Position numbers and translations under genes: made by a program. The notes below the pieces were generated by a model that saw only the letters and a program-made list of their open reading frames with translations, was not told the origin of the DNA and ran no database searches. DNA of 64,000 bases, taken from assembly GCA_012295275.1 (NCBI GenBank), contig CM022665.1:32674001-32738000 (forward strand). Reading direction: 5' to 3'. Below, in pieces: positions 11,201 to 32,688 of this stretch. Each line of letters opens with the position of its first letter. Position 1 is the first letter of the stretch. This stretch comes from Chrysomallon squamiferum. Taxonomy: Eukaryota; Animalia; Mollusca.

Positions 11201-13351
11201 CATCACCATGATGATTCTGCATTACCTCCTCATAATCTGTTCTCTGATTTTCAGGAAGCTTTAAATGGAAGATTATTTAGGTCAAGGTCAGACGAGACAC
11301 TTTCGCAGTCAGATTACAGTGGTAAATTCAGGAAAAAAGACTTCTATGAGTCAAGACAGGCAGCAATGCAACAGATCCGTGGTTGGCAGATACCTGCTTC
11401 TAAAGTTGGTGCTCATCGCAGGGAAAGAGGGAATACAACTGTGACAAAAGCTGAAGTTCATGTTAGAGAATCTGAAAGACAGGCTGATGGAGCTTCTCCA
11501 GAACAGCTTGTGCAGAGTCCTTCTAGCATGAACAGGCCACCAGGAACAGTTCCTATAGACATTCGTAACATTAAGAGAGAACAAGGAGCTATTCCAAAGC
11601 GATTGCCAACTTCTCAGTCATGGCAGTCCTCCCCAACTCAAAAACTTATGCATTCCCCACAGTCTGGAGACAGTAAGTCACAGAGTAGAGAAAGCCAGTC
11701 AAGAGAGGACAGCCCATACAGTTCCTGGACACAATCAAAAATGGTTAGAAGTCAGACAGATTCTGATGATCTTAGAAATTGTGCATCAAGTCTAAAGCCA
11801 AATTTACCAGAAAGGGGACCCCAGAATCTAAATAAACAGTCCAGTGCTTGGGAGTCCCCATACAGAAATTACTATGCAAGTGCTGGACAGCCAAACAAAG
11901 CCAGGACACTGATGGCATATTCAGCAGAAAATATGAATCTGCAGTCTCCAGATGTATCAGGCCATAGATCGCGATCTGATCTAAGTGAGTATGGAAGGAT
12001 GCTGTCTGAGAAATATCGCACAAGGACATTGTCTTCAGATGCCTTGTTGGAGACAGATATTTTGTATTCACCAAACCTAAATCGGAGCAAAAGCATAGAA
12101 AGAACACTAGAAGAAGTGAACTGCAGATCCATCCAAAGTACTAATGCATCTCCGCAACATGGAATCTCATACAGAATTCCAAGTTCTTCAGATTCTCCTG
12201 TTTCTGGTACCAACAGGAATGGGTACAAATACTCTGTTAAGAATGGGAATGAAAAACAGTGTAGTCAAAATGTGTATAGCAATCTTAGAGAAAGTCGAAA
12301 CAGTGTGAATCTTTCTCCAGTTAATAGGTATCAATACAAGAATGGCTGGAATATTTCTGAGGATTCTGAGGAAAGGAATTATGCTTCCATTTCTCAGCTG
12401 GCAAAAGAGAAACACCGAAGTATGCATGGACTAAATAGTGAAAATGGCAGCAGAAGGCATGTTGAAAATGTGGTTGGCCAACAGTTACACAGCAAATCAG
12501 AAAACAATCTTTTAGATGATGGATTAGATCATTCCAGTCGAAGTTCCCCATGTCCCTCTCACTTACCTTCTTATCCTCATCCAAGCAACAAGTCTAATTA
12601 TAACAGGTCTTTGACCATAACAGGCATTTTTACCAACAATACATCTCCAGCTAAAGGATACAGCAGTCCCAGTGCAACATCAGTGCACAATTCTGGAGAG
12701 CTTAGAACTAATGATCAGAAATCTTTAAATCATCCTGACACTTCAGGTAACTATAGCAGTATTTCAGGTTGCTATGTCAACACTTCAGGCACTTATGCTA
12801 ACACGTCAGGCACCTATGCTAACAGTTTCAGCAGTGTGAAAAACAGTGGTGGCTACAGAAATGATGTTTTAAATACTTCCAGTAATTGCTTACATCATGA
12901 GAGTTCATTTAGCTGCTCAACTGTTTACAATCCTGGATACACCAACACAAGTAAAGAAAACTCAACATGCAGTAGCAATCAGGATTCTGGTTACAGCAGC
13001 AAAGCAAAGCTGCCACATGCTGAAAATAATCAAAATGGGTTACCTAGTAACAGCGACACACCTTCGTCTTCATTTAGCATAGACCGAAGCCTCACTGATC
13101 ATAACTTGTCTGTTAGTTCTCCCAGTACAAGTCACACAAACTCTCCATTTTCTCCAAATAAACAAATAGATTTTGAACAGGCCCGGCCAAGACAACAGCA
13201 GAGCACCATATTGTCACACATAAACAGCTGGTATCAGCGCAAACTGCTGGAAGCTGCAGAGAAACTGCGGAATAGTGATCAGTACAAAACAAATTCTAAT
13301 TACTTGACGAATGTTGTTCATTATGACCCAGTTCATGGCAGTGATGTGTAA
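5073..13351 (+). CDS. ANKRD6: Ankyrin repeat domain-containing protein 6 (diversin/Diego orthologue), 5'-partial, 9 exons
   Basis: Exons with AG/GT boundaries, all phase 0: 5073-5171 (IGFTPLHRAAAQGH..), 6156-6254 (YGNTAVHEAAWNG..), 7112-7210 (TGFTALHLASQNGH..), 8678-8776 (YGDTAVHTAARYGH..), 9295-9393 (NGDTALHIAAALKRRK..), 9709-9786 (QNESAIDVARRKEHPE..), 10086-10277, 10410-10577 (..YYRDLAGNIKQ), 10856-13351 (GPVGYAPLCQCGP..SDV*). Total 3429 nt. The repeat order matches human ANKRD6 (ALHEASWHG, ALHLACQNSH, LHVAARYNH, ALHVAAALNHKK), and YRDLAGNIKQGP..CQC matches its central YRGKDGKVMQAP..CRC motif. The first ankyrin repeats were not found in the window. Confidence 0.9.
5738..5880 (+). mobile_element. 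Degenerate tRNA-derived SINE-like fragment
   Basis: TGGTTAGAG (A-box-like) ..AGGATCAGTTCTC (B-box-like).. CCAGCCAGTG..GGTATGGGCTGTCCTGGATGTGGGAAAGAGCAGATAA. Related pieces occur at about 8341-8370 and 56586-56663. The resemblance to gastropod SINEs is from recollection, not a search. Confidence 0.4.
6940..7100. repeat. Compound (TTG)n/(TTA)n/(CTG)n microsatellite abutting the ANKRD6 acceptor at 7112
   Basis: Directly visible; produces the spurious poly-L, poly-C and poly-V ORFs. Confidence 0.9.
10856..13351 (+). CDS. ANKRD6: ANKRD6 terminal coding exon (2496 nt): CxC motif, coiled coil, long Ser/Asn-rich disordered tail
   Basis: The 793-aa ORF 10970-13351 extends in frame upstream to the acceptor aatag|GGT at 10856; stop TAA at 13349-13351. 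Confidence 0.9.
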   Translation, partial: GPVGYAPLCQCGPALTKLENKIEENNEKVYDYIDASHQVLKGRIDHLDRQTTQQVYAIDKLTKERLENEHQACHDRITQRLHSEHRDAKSLMTQYNEQIQSWLENKLSSYGHCLDHHHDDSALPPHNLFSDFQEALNGRLFRSRSDETLSQSDYSGKFRKKDFYESRQAAMQQIRGWQIPASKVGAHRRERGNTTVTKAEVHVRESERQADGASPEQLVQSPSSMNRPPGTVPIDIRNIKREQGAIPKRLPTSQSWQSSPTQKLMHSPQSGDSKSQSRESQSREDSPYSSWTQSKMVRSQTDSDDLRNCASSLKPNLPERGPQNLNKQSSAWESPYRNYYASAGQPNKARTLMAYSAENMNLQSPDVSGHRSRSDLSEYGRMLSEKYRTRTLSSDALLETDILYSPNLNRSKSIERTLEEVNCRSIQSTNASPQHGISYRIPSSSDSPVSGTNRNGYKYSVKNGNEKQCSQNVYSNLRESRNSVNLSPVNRYQYKNGWNISEDSEERNYASISQLAKEKHRSMHGLNSENGSRRHVENVVGQQLHSKSENNLLDDGLDHSSRSSPCPSHLPSYPHPSNKSNYNRSLTITGIFTNNTSPAKGYSSPSATSVHNSGELRTNDQKSLNHPDTSGNYSSISGCYVNTSGTYANTSGTYANSFSSVKNSGGYRNDVLNTSSNCLHHESSFSCSTVYNPGYTNTSKENSTCSSNQDSGYSSKAKLPHAENNQNGLPSNSDTPSSSFSIDRSLTDHNLSVSSPSTSHTNSPFSPNKQIDFEQARPRQQQSTILSHINSWYQRKLLEAAEKLRNSDQYKTNSNYLTNVVHYDPVHGSDV
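12738..12826 (+). repeat. Coding 21-bp tandem repeat (about 4 copies) encoding NTSGTYA-like heptads
   Basis: ACACTTCAGGTAACTATAGCA / GTATTTCAGGTTGCTATGTCA / ACACTTCAGGCACTTATGCTA / ACACGTCAGGCACCTATGCTA. Confidence 0.85.
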
Positions 13352-16025
13352 GTTGTTTTGAACAATCATTCATGTGAGCCATTTTAATAAACATTCAGGT
13401 TTTTCATCAAACTGTGCTTTTCAGTGAATGGAAAATTATGTATAAATTTTCCTTTGTTGTTCATGTAACATCTATGAGTGCTGTTTTTCTAACAGTCAAA
13501 TATTAGTAACTGTTTATTTTAAAAATAAGCTGTAATATTACTTAACATGCACATACATACACACATTCTTAGGTATGTATATGGTTATATAATACTTGAA
13601 AAAACATAAATGAACTTTAATGAGTAATACTATTAAAATTATTATCTAATTTGAAATATAATCACCCATATATGCACATGCGCACACACACACACACACA
13701 ACTAACCATATATGCAGCATGTATTTTCTGTAATTAAGCCTTTGCATTACATAAACTATGCATGTTATATTATGTACTATAATCCTTTTTAATGTTTACT
13801 GTCAATCTTTTAGAAATAAGAGACCAGAAAATGTTTTTATTGATATAAATCAATCTCCTATATCAGGAACCAACATGGTGCAAAGTGGGTATATTTCATA
13901 TATAACCTTTCCAAAAATTTTTGTTCAAGATAAAATAATTTATTTATCATTGTCTGGCTCTGCACAACTATGTGGTCAAATATTTTGCAGTATTTAAATT
14001 TATGCAGAGCATTATTATAAAAGAAATTATTATTATTATTATTTTTTTAAATCACTAATAATTGTTGAAAATACAAAACCAATTATGCAGAAAAAAAAAT
14101 GTTTTGGAATATTATTTTATATATTTCTGTTTTATCAACCTAAACATTTTGTTAATGTTGTTTCATGTCAGAGAAATTTTGGGGATGTGATCTTTGCAAA
14201 GTAAGCATATAAAATATTGAAAGGAATACAAGTTTATTTTGATTGTACAAGGCTACTACAAAGCATGTAGTCTGTTATTATTAACTGTTCTTGGTGTTTA
14301 ATAACAAACAACAAATAAAAACAAAGCAAGTCAACACCATTCATTGAATGCTTTCTTTCAGAATAGATGAAAGTCAGAATTGTAGATGAAAAGGAGTTCA
14401 GTGATACTGACAGTAACACATGTGCATTAATAAACATTTATAATTTAAAACTTGATTTCATTTCTGTTTAAACAAATTTTGTTTGACCTTGCTAAATTTT
14501 CTAGTATTTGTTGTTGACAAAGTCTCACCAGGGAATGTAGAACTATTCCTAAGATGAGCATGCATGAACCTTAAGATTATTTATTTTATTAAAGTTTTTA
14601 TTTGCAATGTTAAGAATTTCATGGAAATTATATATGTATATTTGACTTGTACCAAGTGTTTTTATTTACCCATTATTACAGTTCTGAATCAGCTTTTTCT
14701 TTCTTTTCTGTTTTACCTATAAAAAATAAATAATTTACTACTCTTGTTACTATTATTATTATTATTGTTTTGTATATACTTATAATTGTATTTTTAGTAA
14801 TTTTTAATAATAGACAAAACCAAAAGTATGTTGGATTTGTGATCCAGTCTCTGTAATTGGCATCATCAGTATGCAGTGCTGTACAGACAGCCACAATGTT
14901 TTTGTTTTTCTTGGGAAGTCCAAGCTGTGAACTGCAGAAATTTATTTTCATTATTTATTTTTTTTTTTTTTTTTTTTCTTTGTATTTCAAAGAAAGAAAC
15001 ATTAACTGGAAAGTAACTACTTTAGGGGGTGGGGTAATCACATTTATTAATTACAAGGATTCTTTTGTTAACAATTTTCACTTTACCTAAGTTTCAGAAA
15101 TGTGAATAAATATTTTTTATTGTTCAAACCAGATTTTTGTTTTTAACAGGCAATGAGAATTATGGCTTTTTTTTTTTTTTTTTCCATGAATATGTTGTGT
15201 TAAAAGTTTAACGTCAGAAGTCTGGTCAAATTAGACATGTACATAAATTTGTTTTTGTCAGCTTAAAGTTTTCAGTTTTAATTAAAATTTTACGTTTGCT
15301 GTTCTTGTATGCCTTTTATACTAATGATTGATAATGCCAAATATAACTAAATAAAAATAATTTTTAAAAACCTTTCAGGGACTAAAGGTGATTTCTTAAT
15401 TTTTTGTTATTTTAGAAAAATATTTTTTTATTTTTTTATTTTATTTTTTTTTTTTTTTATACTTTTTGGTTTTACATTCCTTCAGTACAAATGACTTAGT
15501 AAAACAAATAAAAACTTATAAATCCAAATATTTTATAAAATATTTTGGAAATTCTGAAAATCAACTTTAATTAGCATTCCATTTTTATAACAAATTATGA
15601 ATTTACTCATTTTAGTTTTAGCAGGCATTTTTGGCAGAAAAATAAAACAAATGAGAAAGAAAAAATAACCAAATAAAATCTTTTATATTTTCTGTTTAGA
15701 GGGGTATGGTTTTTAGTGAGTAGACATCATTGGCATTAAACTTTACTGAAATGACATTTAAATAAATAAGTCTTTCCATAATTAACTTGTTCCATTATGA
15801 TCATTCCACTTTTCCTTAAAGCAATTTATTGCATGCAGTTTTTAATTTTTATCATTTTACTTAACCATTCCAATATTTTTGTATATGGTTTTTATATATA
15901 CAAGTTTTTGTTTCTGTTATATTGATGCCAATAAGAAACTGTTGAGCCCAATTTTTGTTGCGTTATAGTAACATTTATTTTTGTATTATCATTGCTAAAT
16001 ACTGTAACGTACATAGGTTTTGTAC

Positions 16026-16071
16026 ATTAAAATTATTTTTTGCCAAATTAAAAATGTTATTTGTTTTTATT
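16026..16071. terminator. Candidate opposing poly(A) signals of ANKRD6 (+) and ACAT1 (-)
   Basis: ATTAAA at 16026 and 16047 on +; TTTATT (AATAAA on -) at 16066-16071. By eye, composition changes from T/G-rich to A/C-rich here. Confidence 0.35.
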
Positions 16072-16884
16072 AATGCAAATCTCAGTTGAAAGTACTCAAG
16101 AGAGATTCATGTTTTGTAGCTAATGAACGTCTGTCAGTAAGAGTAATCCACAGGTACTTTTCTTTCTCACTTTACCCATTCCAAATCTTATAAAACATCT
16201 AAATGAATATTCATGGCAAAATAATAAGATTGAAAACACAAAATAATACATTAAAGATTAATTACCTTAATTAAAAGTACCAAAAACATCACAGTTTCAC
16301 ACAAATAAGATTTTTTTATTTCATGATTATAGTGACATAACTTCAGACACAACAATCAAAACACTTTGCATAATGACATGTTGCTGAACATTTTAATTTC
16401 CTAATAATAAAGCTACCAATCTGCAACAGTATTCCTGAAAATTTCATGTGTACAACATAATATTTATCTTTTTTATTCATGTGAAAACAATAATGACAAA
16501 AGTATATCGGATCACACATTAATATTTATAATTATATATAACGATGTTAGCATTCAGACTTAACATAGTGTTATATAATTCACACTGATGTTGTTACTGG
16601 CTTACATAAATGAAATACTGAGTTCACCATGAACTGGTCCATGATGTTCAAATTAGATCTATTCTTCAATAAATGTTAGCAATACTGGCACTGATTCATT
16701 CAAAATATGAAGGTTTTTATATTTCAGAAAAATATTACAAATAAAACAGTTATTTACTTATCTAAATATAATAATGACTTGATGATCATGACTCAGTTCA
16801 CAATGCACAAATTAGATCTCTATCTTGTTCAGTACTAGTTTTGTTTCAGTATACACAGTACACTGCATTTCAAGACTTTGCCAT

Positions 16885-27582
<10,698 letters not shown>

Positions 27583-28312
27583 TTTAATGGTCCCCGAAAC
27601 ATAAATTAGTTTATTAACATTTAATTTGTTCCTTGAACTTCCTTTTTAGGATTTTCTTACAACTGTCTTTCTTTGGCAGTAATTTCATTTGAAATTATCA
27701 ATCATTACGTTTAGGTGGGCGTGTTATGTTGGTGCTAATATATACCCGAATCCGTACAGTCTGGGATATTTTTGAACCACTGGTCGTAGACTGTTGCACC
27801 AGGAAATTGTATACCAAACACTGTACTATTTTTAGAGGTTGTTGTTTATCAAAATAGGAAGTCTTATATTTGTAATGTTTTTAATTTTGGAATGGATTTT
27901 GTGAAGAAAGAATCTGCGATCAGAAGATAACGGATAATCCGATACGGGTACAATATCTTTCTTAACTCACGACAGCAGCAGACGTTTTGACGAAAGTATT
28001 TGATTTTATTGTCAGGATTAGAATTGTACTCTAGTAGAGTGGGTAAAAAAAAAGAGTTTCAAAACCATTAGTAATTATTATATTAATGTCAAAAAACTAG
28101 ATTACATGAAGTAATTTGTTTAGTACGAAGCAACATATAATCTTTATAGAAAGCAACCAAACACCAATTTTAAAGCAATCATGCTGCAGTGAAAGACTGA
28201 AATGTGGTAATTGATCAATATGAAATGATCGTTGTCTGTTGTCAGTTATTAATGTTAAATAATATGAATTTCTAATAACATTTACTAGATAAAGTAGTCA
28301 TAATGATGTAGG

Positions 28313-28314
<2 letters not shown>

Positions 28315-28357
<43 letters not shown>
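28315..28357. repeat. (TG)n microsatellite
   Basis: Directly visible. Confidence 0.95.
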
Positions 28358-28360
<3 letters not shown>

Positions 28361-28508
28361 ATTACACAACATCTTAATTCCATGCTATCAGTATCATACT
28401 ATGTATGTTAAGTAAGATTTTTGAATACTTTTGTTTTCATTGTAAAACAGCAATTACTTATAATTTTTATGCACATAATTTACATTTTTGTTGTCTTACA
28501 GGTCCACC

Positions 28509-31500
28509 ATGGCAGACAAATTAGATGTTGCAGCTAGTAAGAAAGGTGATGAGAGAAATGTAACTTATTTGTTTAGAGACAGCAAGCCAGAAGTAATCAA
28601 AGCATGGCAGGAAATGTTTTCTAAATACTCTGACAGAATACAGGTATAAACTATAAAATACTTAAGACATGAACAGTAACTTGATGTCCTAAAGTTAGGC
28701 TGTAATTAGAATGCTACATATGTGATTTGGCTGACAGTATTGTAATAAGAGTAGTCCCCAGTAGCAATATGTATGCTGTTTTTGATAATACATCATGTGT
28801 TTCTTTCATATATTTTGATATAAACATTACCTGTAGTAAACCAAATAATATTTGAAAAAAAAATAGTGTTTAATTTGTAGGTTGTAAGATAACTTTTGTA
28901 CTGGGAAAGGTAAGAATGAAACCTAAATTTTTTTTAAAAACATCCCAATTAGTCTAGTCTCCAGTAATGCATAAAGATAAAAAACATTATTGTCATTGTG
29001 AAAAAAAATTATATTATTAATTTAACTTTTTATAATATAGAAATTTCTAAATGTAAATGCAACAAATGTTGTTGATAAAATCTGTTATTATGATAATAAA
29101 ACTTTATTATAAAGCTGGTGGCTGAATTTTGGAAGCATGTCACAAGCTGTGATATAAAAAATACTCTGTATACAGTCAAAGAATTATAAAAAATTCACAT
29201 CTTTGCACCACCAGTTGTTACATTTTCAAAGTCTGCTTAATGATCCTAATTTTCCCTGTCAGTCTGTGCTATACTAAAACAATGCTGATACATAAATAAA
29301 TGAATTTGTTAAATACTGCTAACATAATTATGATCATGGATTAGGGTTTAACAGAATAAAATTTAAAAAAATGATTTGCTGAAGATCAGAAAATAATGTA
29401 CAGTAAAAAATAAATGGCTGTTAATGTGTATTACTGTTAGTAATACCCCATGAAATAGATGTTGAGAAACAGATTGCCTTTGTTTTTTAAGTCCATTGTA
29501 CATTTTCTTTCATTTTAAAATTTTGTTTTTATTCTTAAATTATTTGCTTTTATTTATTTATTTAAACATAAAATTTATGTCATTTGTTTAAAAATATATT
29601 TTCTTTGTGAAATTTTTAAATTTATTTTTATTTATTTATTAAGTTTTTAAAAACATTTCACATGATGTTAAAGTAATTTTAATTATTTATTGAGCTGAAA
29701 ATAACATTTTATATATAAAGTTTATCAATACTTTGCTTTAATATTATATTTGTTATCATTACTTGATAGAAATAATTTTAAAACTTTATTTCATACTAAT
29801 TTATTTTTTCAATTTATATTTTAATTTTTGTCATAACTAAATAGATTTCAATTTATATCTCTTTCAGATTTCACTTGGTGATGTTTTCAAAAAGGCGCCT
29901 GCTGCTGATGCCATTGTAAGTGTATTTTTTAAAAATAAAAATGAGCAAAAATTATTTATTTGTAATAAACTATAAAAGTGATGCAATTATGCTTATGAAT
30001 TTGATTTTCTTTTCTGTAGCCTTTTACTTATTATTTATTTATTTATTTTAAATGTTCAAAAAGAAGTAGTCTTTTATTTATCATGTATTTATTAATTTTA
30101 AATGTTCAAAAAGAAATAAACAACTAAATATGTTAAATTTTTACAGATAACTAAGTATATTTGTTAACCTACCACAAACACATGATTATGACTTTGGAAC
30201 TTTCAAGTTCTAATGGACTGCATTTACATAAATGTCATGTAACTTATAATTACATGATTTATTTCAAACACAAAAAAAAACCCATTTCTATCCTTTCTGA
30301 AACAATAAGCACATATTTATCTATTACAAATATTAAAGTACCATAAATTATATTGAAATGTTTTTTTAACTGTTATCTACTTCTATAAATAAGAATATTT
30401 ATGTTGATACTATTAAAGTTTAACTTTTTTAAATGCAGTATTCACTTTTATATTAATTTAAAGGTGTCACCAGCAAATAGTTTTGGCTTCATGGATGGAG
30501 GCATTGATATGACTTACAGTCTTCATTTTGGTTGGCAAATGTAAGAAGTATAAATAACAGTAGATATAAACAGAAGTAACCAGATTTGATTAAATTATAT
30601 TATTGATCAACTTAAATATTTATCTGATTAAAATGTTACTATTGCTTTATTTTTTCTGATTTTGTTTGTGTTTTTTTAAAATTTATTTTAAAGTAATTTT
30701 ATTATATCTTTTTATATAAATATTTTTTCTGGGTTTTTGGGGGGTTTTTTAAATTTATTTTTAAGTAATTTTATTATATCTTTTTATATAATTATAAGTG
30801 ATCCAAAATAACTTATATTAAAAAAATGAATTTCTTATAAAAAAGTGTATTTAATTCTTATTAAATATTTGTAATAAAAAAATAAACTCCATGTAAAAAA
30901 CTGAGATACTTTAATTCTGAAAATTGTTTTTATTAATTTATAAAGATACTGCAGCAAATCATCCTTTTAAATTTCTCATTTCACTATCCATTGCCCTTCT
31001 ATAAAAACAATGTAACTTTATTCTTAATTTTATAGAAATGTTATGAGTATTATTTTTTCATGTTTAATGATTCAAGCATAATGCTATAGAAAATAAATAA
31101 TGTTGTGGCATGTTTTCTTTATTTTTATTAATTTAATAATCATTTTAATATTTTTATGTTTATTCAAGGCAAGAAAGATTGCAAAAAGTAATCAGAAATG
31201 AAAAGGATGGGGAACTACTTGTGGTAAGTGAAAAATCTGAAAATAATAAATTATGGTTTAATAACAAAGTATAATAGTAAAACAGTACTGTTGTAAAAGG
31301 TTTGAATGCCACCATTTTACCTCTTCACAACAGGAGTTCTGATGCTATAATGTGCATGGTGGACTGGTAGGAATATGTTTTTCTCACAATGCCACTATAA
31401 AATTGCTAAATATTTATTTTTAAAACTACTATATTTTTTACCAGGGTGATGCAGTTATTATTCCTGCATTTGGTGAAACTGATACAGAAGAGGAAACTAA

Positions 31501-32688
31501 GGATTGGTCAGTGTACAATCAGGGACAGCCAATCAAATTCCTTATCTCGGCCCCAACTATGCGTATACCATGTGATGTCTCTAATACAATAAATGCCTAT
31601 TTGGCCTTTAGAGCTGTTATTTTGTCAGGTAATTTTATGTTATAAACAAAACATTTTCTAGAACATTACCTACAATATCTAATGAAAACTTCTAAACTAA
31701 CCTTACATGTTGCTTTAAATCTAGTTTTCTTATTGTTTTGTTTTACTTTATTTCTTGCAGTCAGGAAACATAACAACAATCCAGCAAATGAACCAATCAA
31801 ATCAGTGCTTTGTCCAGGTCTTGGAACAGCTGTTGGTAGAATGCCAGCTACCAGATGTGCTTACCAGGTATTTTCTTACTTACTTACTTACATATTTATT
31901 TATTTCTAAACTGAAATATTTAGTATTTTTACAAGGTACACATACAAGGGCATAAACCAAAACATTAAGCCTCATCTGATTTGATATATTTTTGAAATTT
32001 CAATAACTAGATATGTATTAAAGAAAACAAATATTTGAGTAATATGTTGTAGTTGTCTTTTCTTTTCTCTTCTTTTTATTTATTTATTTAAAAAAAAAAA
32101 AAAAAGCCTTTATTTTTTTTTTGGTTTTTTCTTTTTTGCATATTGGGCATATTTGAAAAACTTTGGTATTAATCTATTATTTTATTATATTTTAGATGCT
32201 GAAAGCATTTGAAACTTATGAATTAGGTCTACACAAAAACCGCCTACAACCAACAGATTTATATAAAATGTATATTGACCATGAAGAAATGTGTGAGGTA
32301 TGTAACAAAAAAATATATATTTACGAAATAATTTTCTGAAATACCAAATAAATGACTTTAAAATGTGAATTTTTAATAACTTAGATAACTGAGCTTACAT
32401 TAATTTGTATCTGAAATAATTTCTTTTATATTTCTTTTTTCTTTATAACTTTATATTAATTATAACAAATGAGATATATTTTAATGTTTATTTTACTTAA
32501 TTTTAATTATAATAATCTGTATATTTTTTATATTCTTTCAATTTTTTAGTTTGTTAATTATAATAACTGTTTCATTTTTTAAACTCCAGTTGTAATAACA
32601 ATTTAATTTCTTTTAGTTTCTAAGTGAAGAGGAAATAGCAACTTTTGAAAAACAAGATGAATGCTGCACTAACATGGAAAATCAATGA
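28509..32688 (+). CDS. Macrodomain protein (ADP-ribose-1''-phosphate processing/Appr-1-p type, yeast Ymr087w-like subgroup), 8 exons, 259 aa
   Basis: Kozak ccaccATGG at 28509. Exons 28509-28643, 29868-29915 (ISLGDVFKKAPAADAI), 30464-30540 (VSPANSFGFMDGGIDMTYS), 31169-31223, 31445-31628 (FLISAPTMRIP..NAYLAFRA), 31761-31867 (VLCPGLGTAVGRMP), 32196-32297, 32617-32688 (TGA). All introns GT-AG with consistent phases, total 780 nt. The GD, NxxGxxxGG and GxGT motifs are macrodomain hallmarks. Confidence 0.88.

Noticed and set aside
11025-12584. Several antisense ORFs within the ANKRD6 terminal exon
   Set aside because: Shadow ORFs of a real coding exon, with no independent splice or homology evidence.
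27655-27690. Alternative ACAT1 first exon MKLLPKKDS with a GTAAG donor
   Set aside because: Its phase-1 donor does not fit the phase-0 acceptor at 26240; it could only be a UTR/uORF exon.
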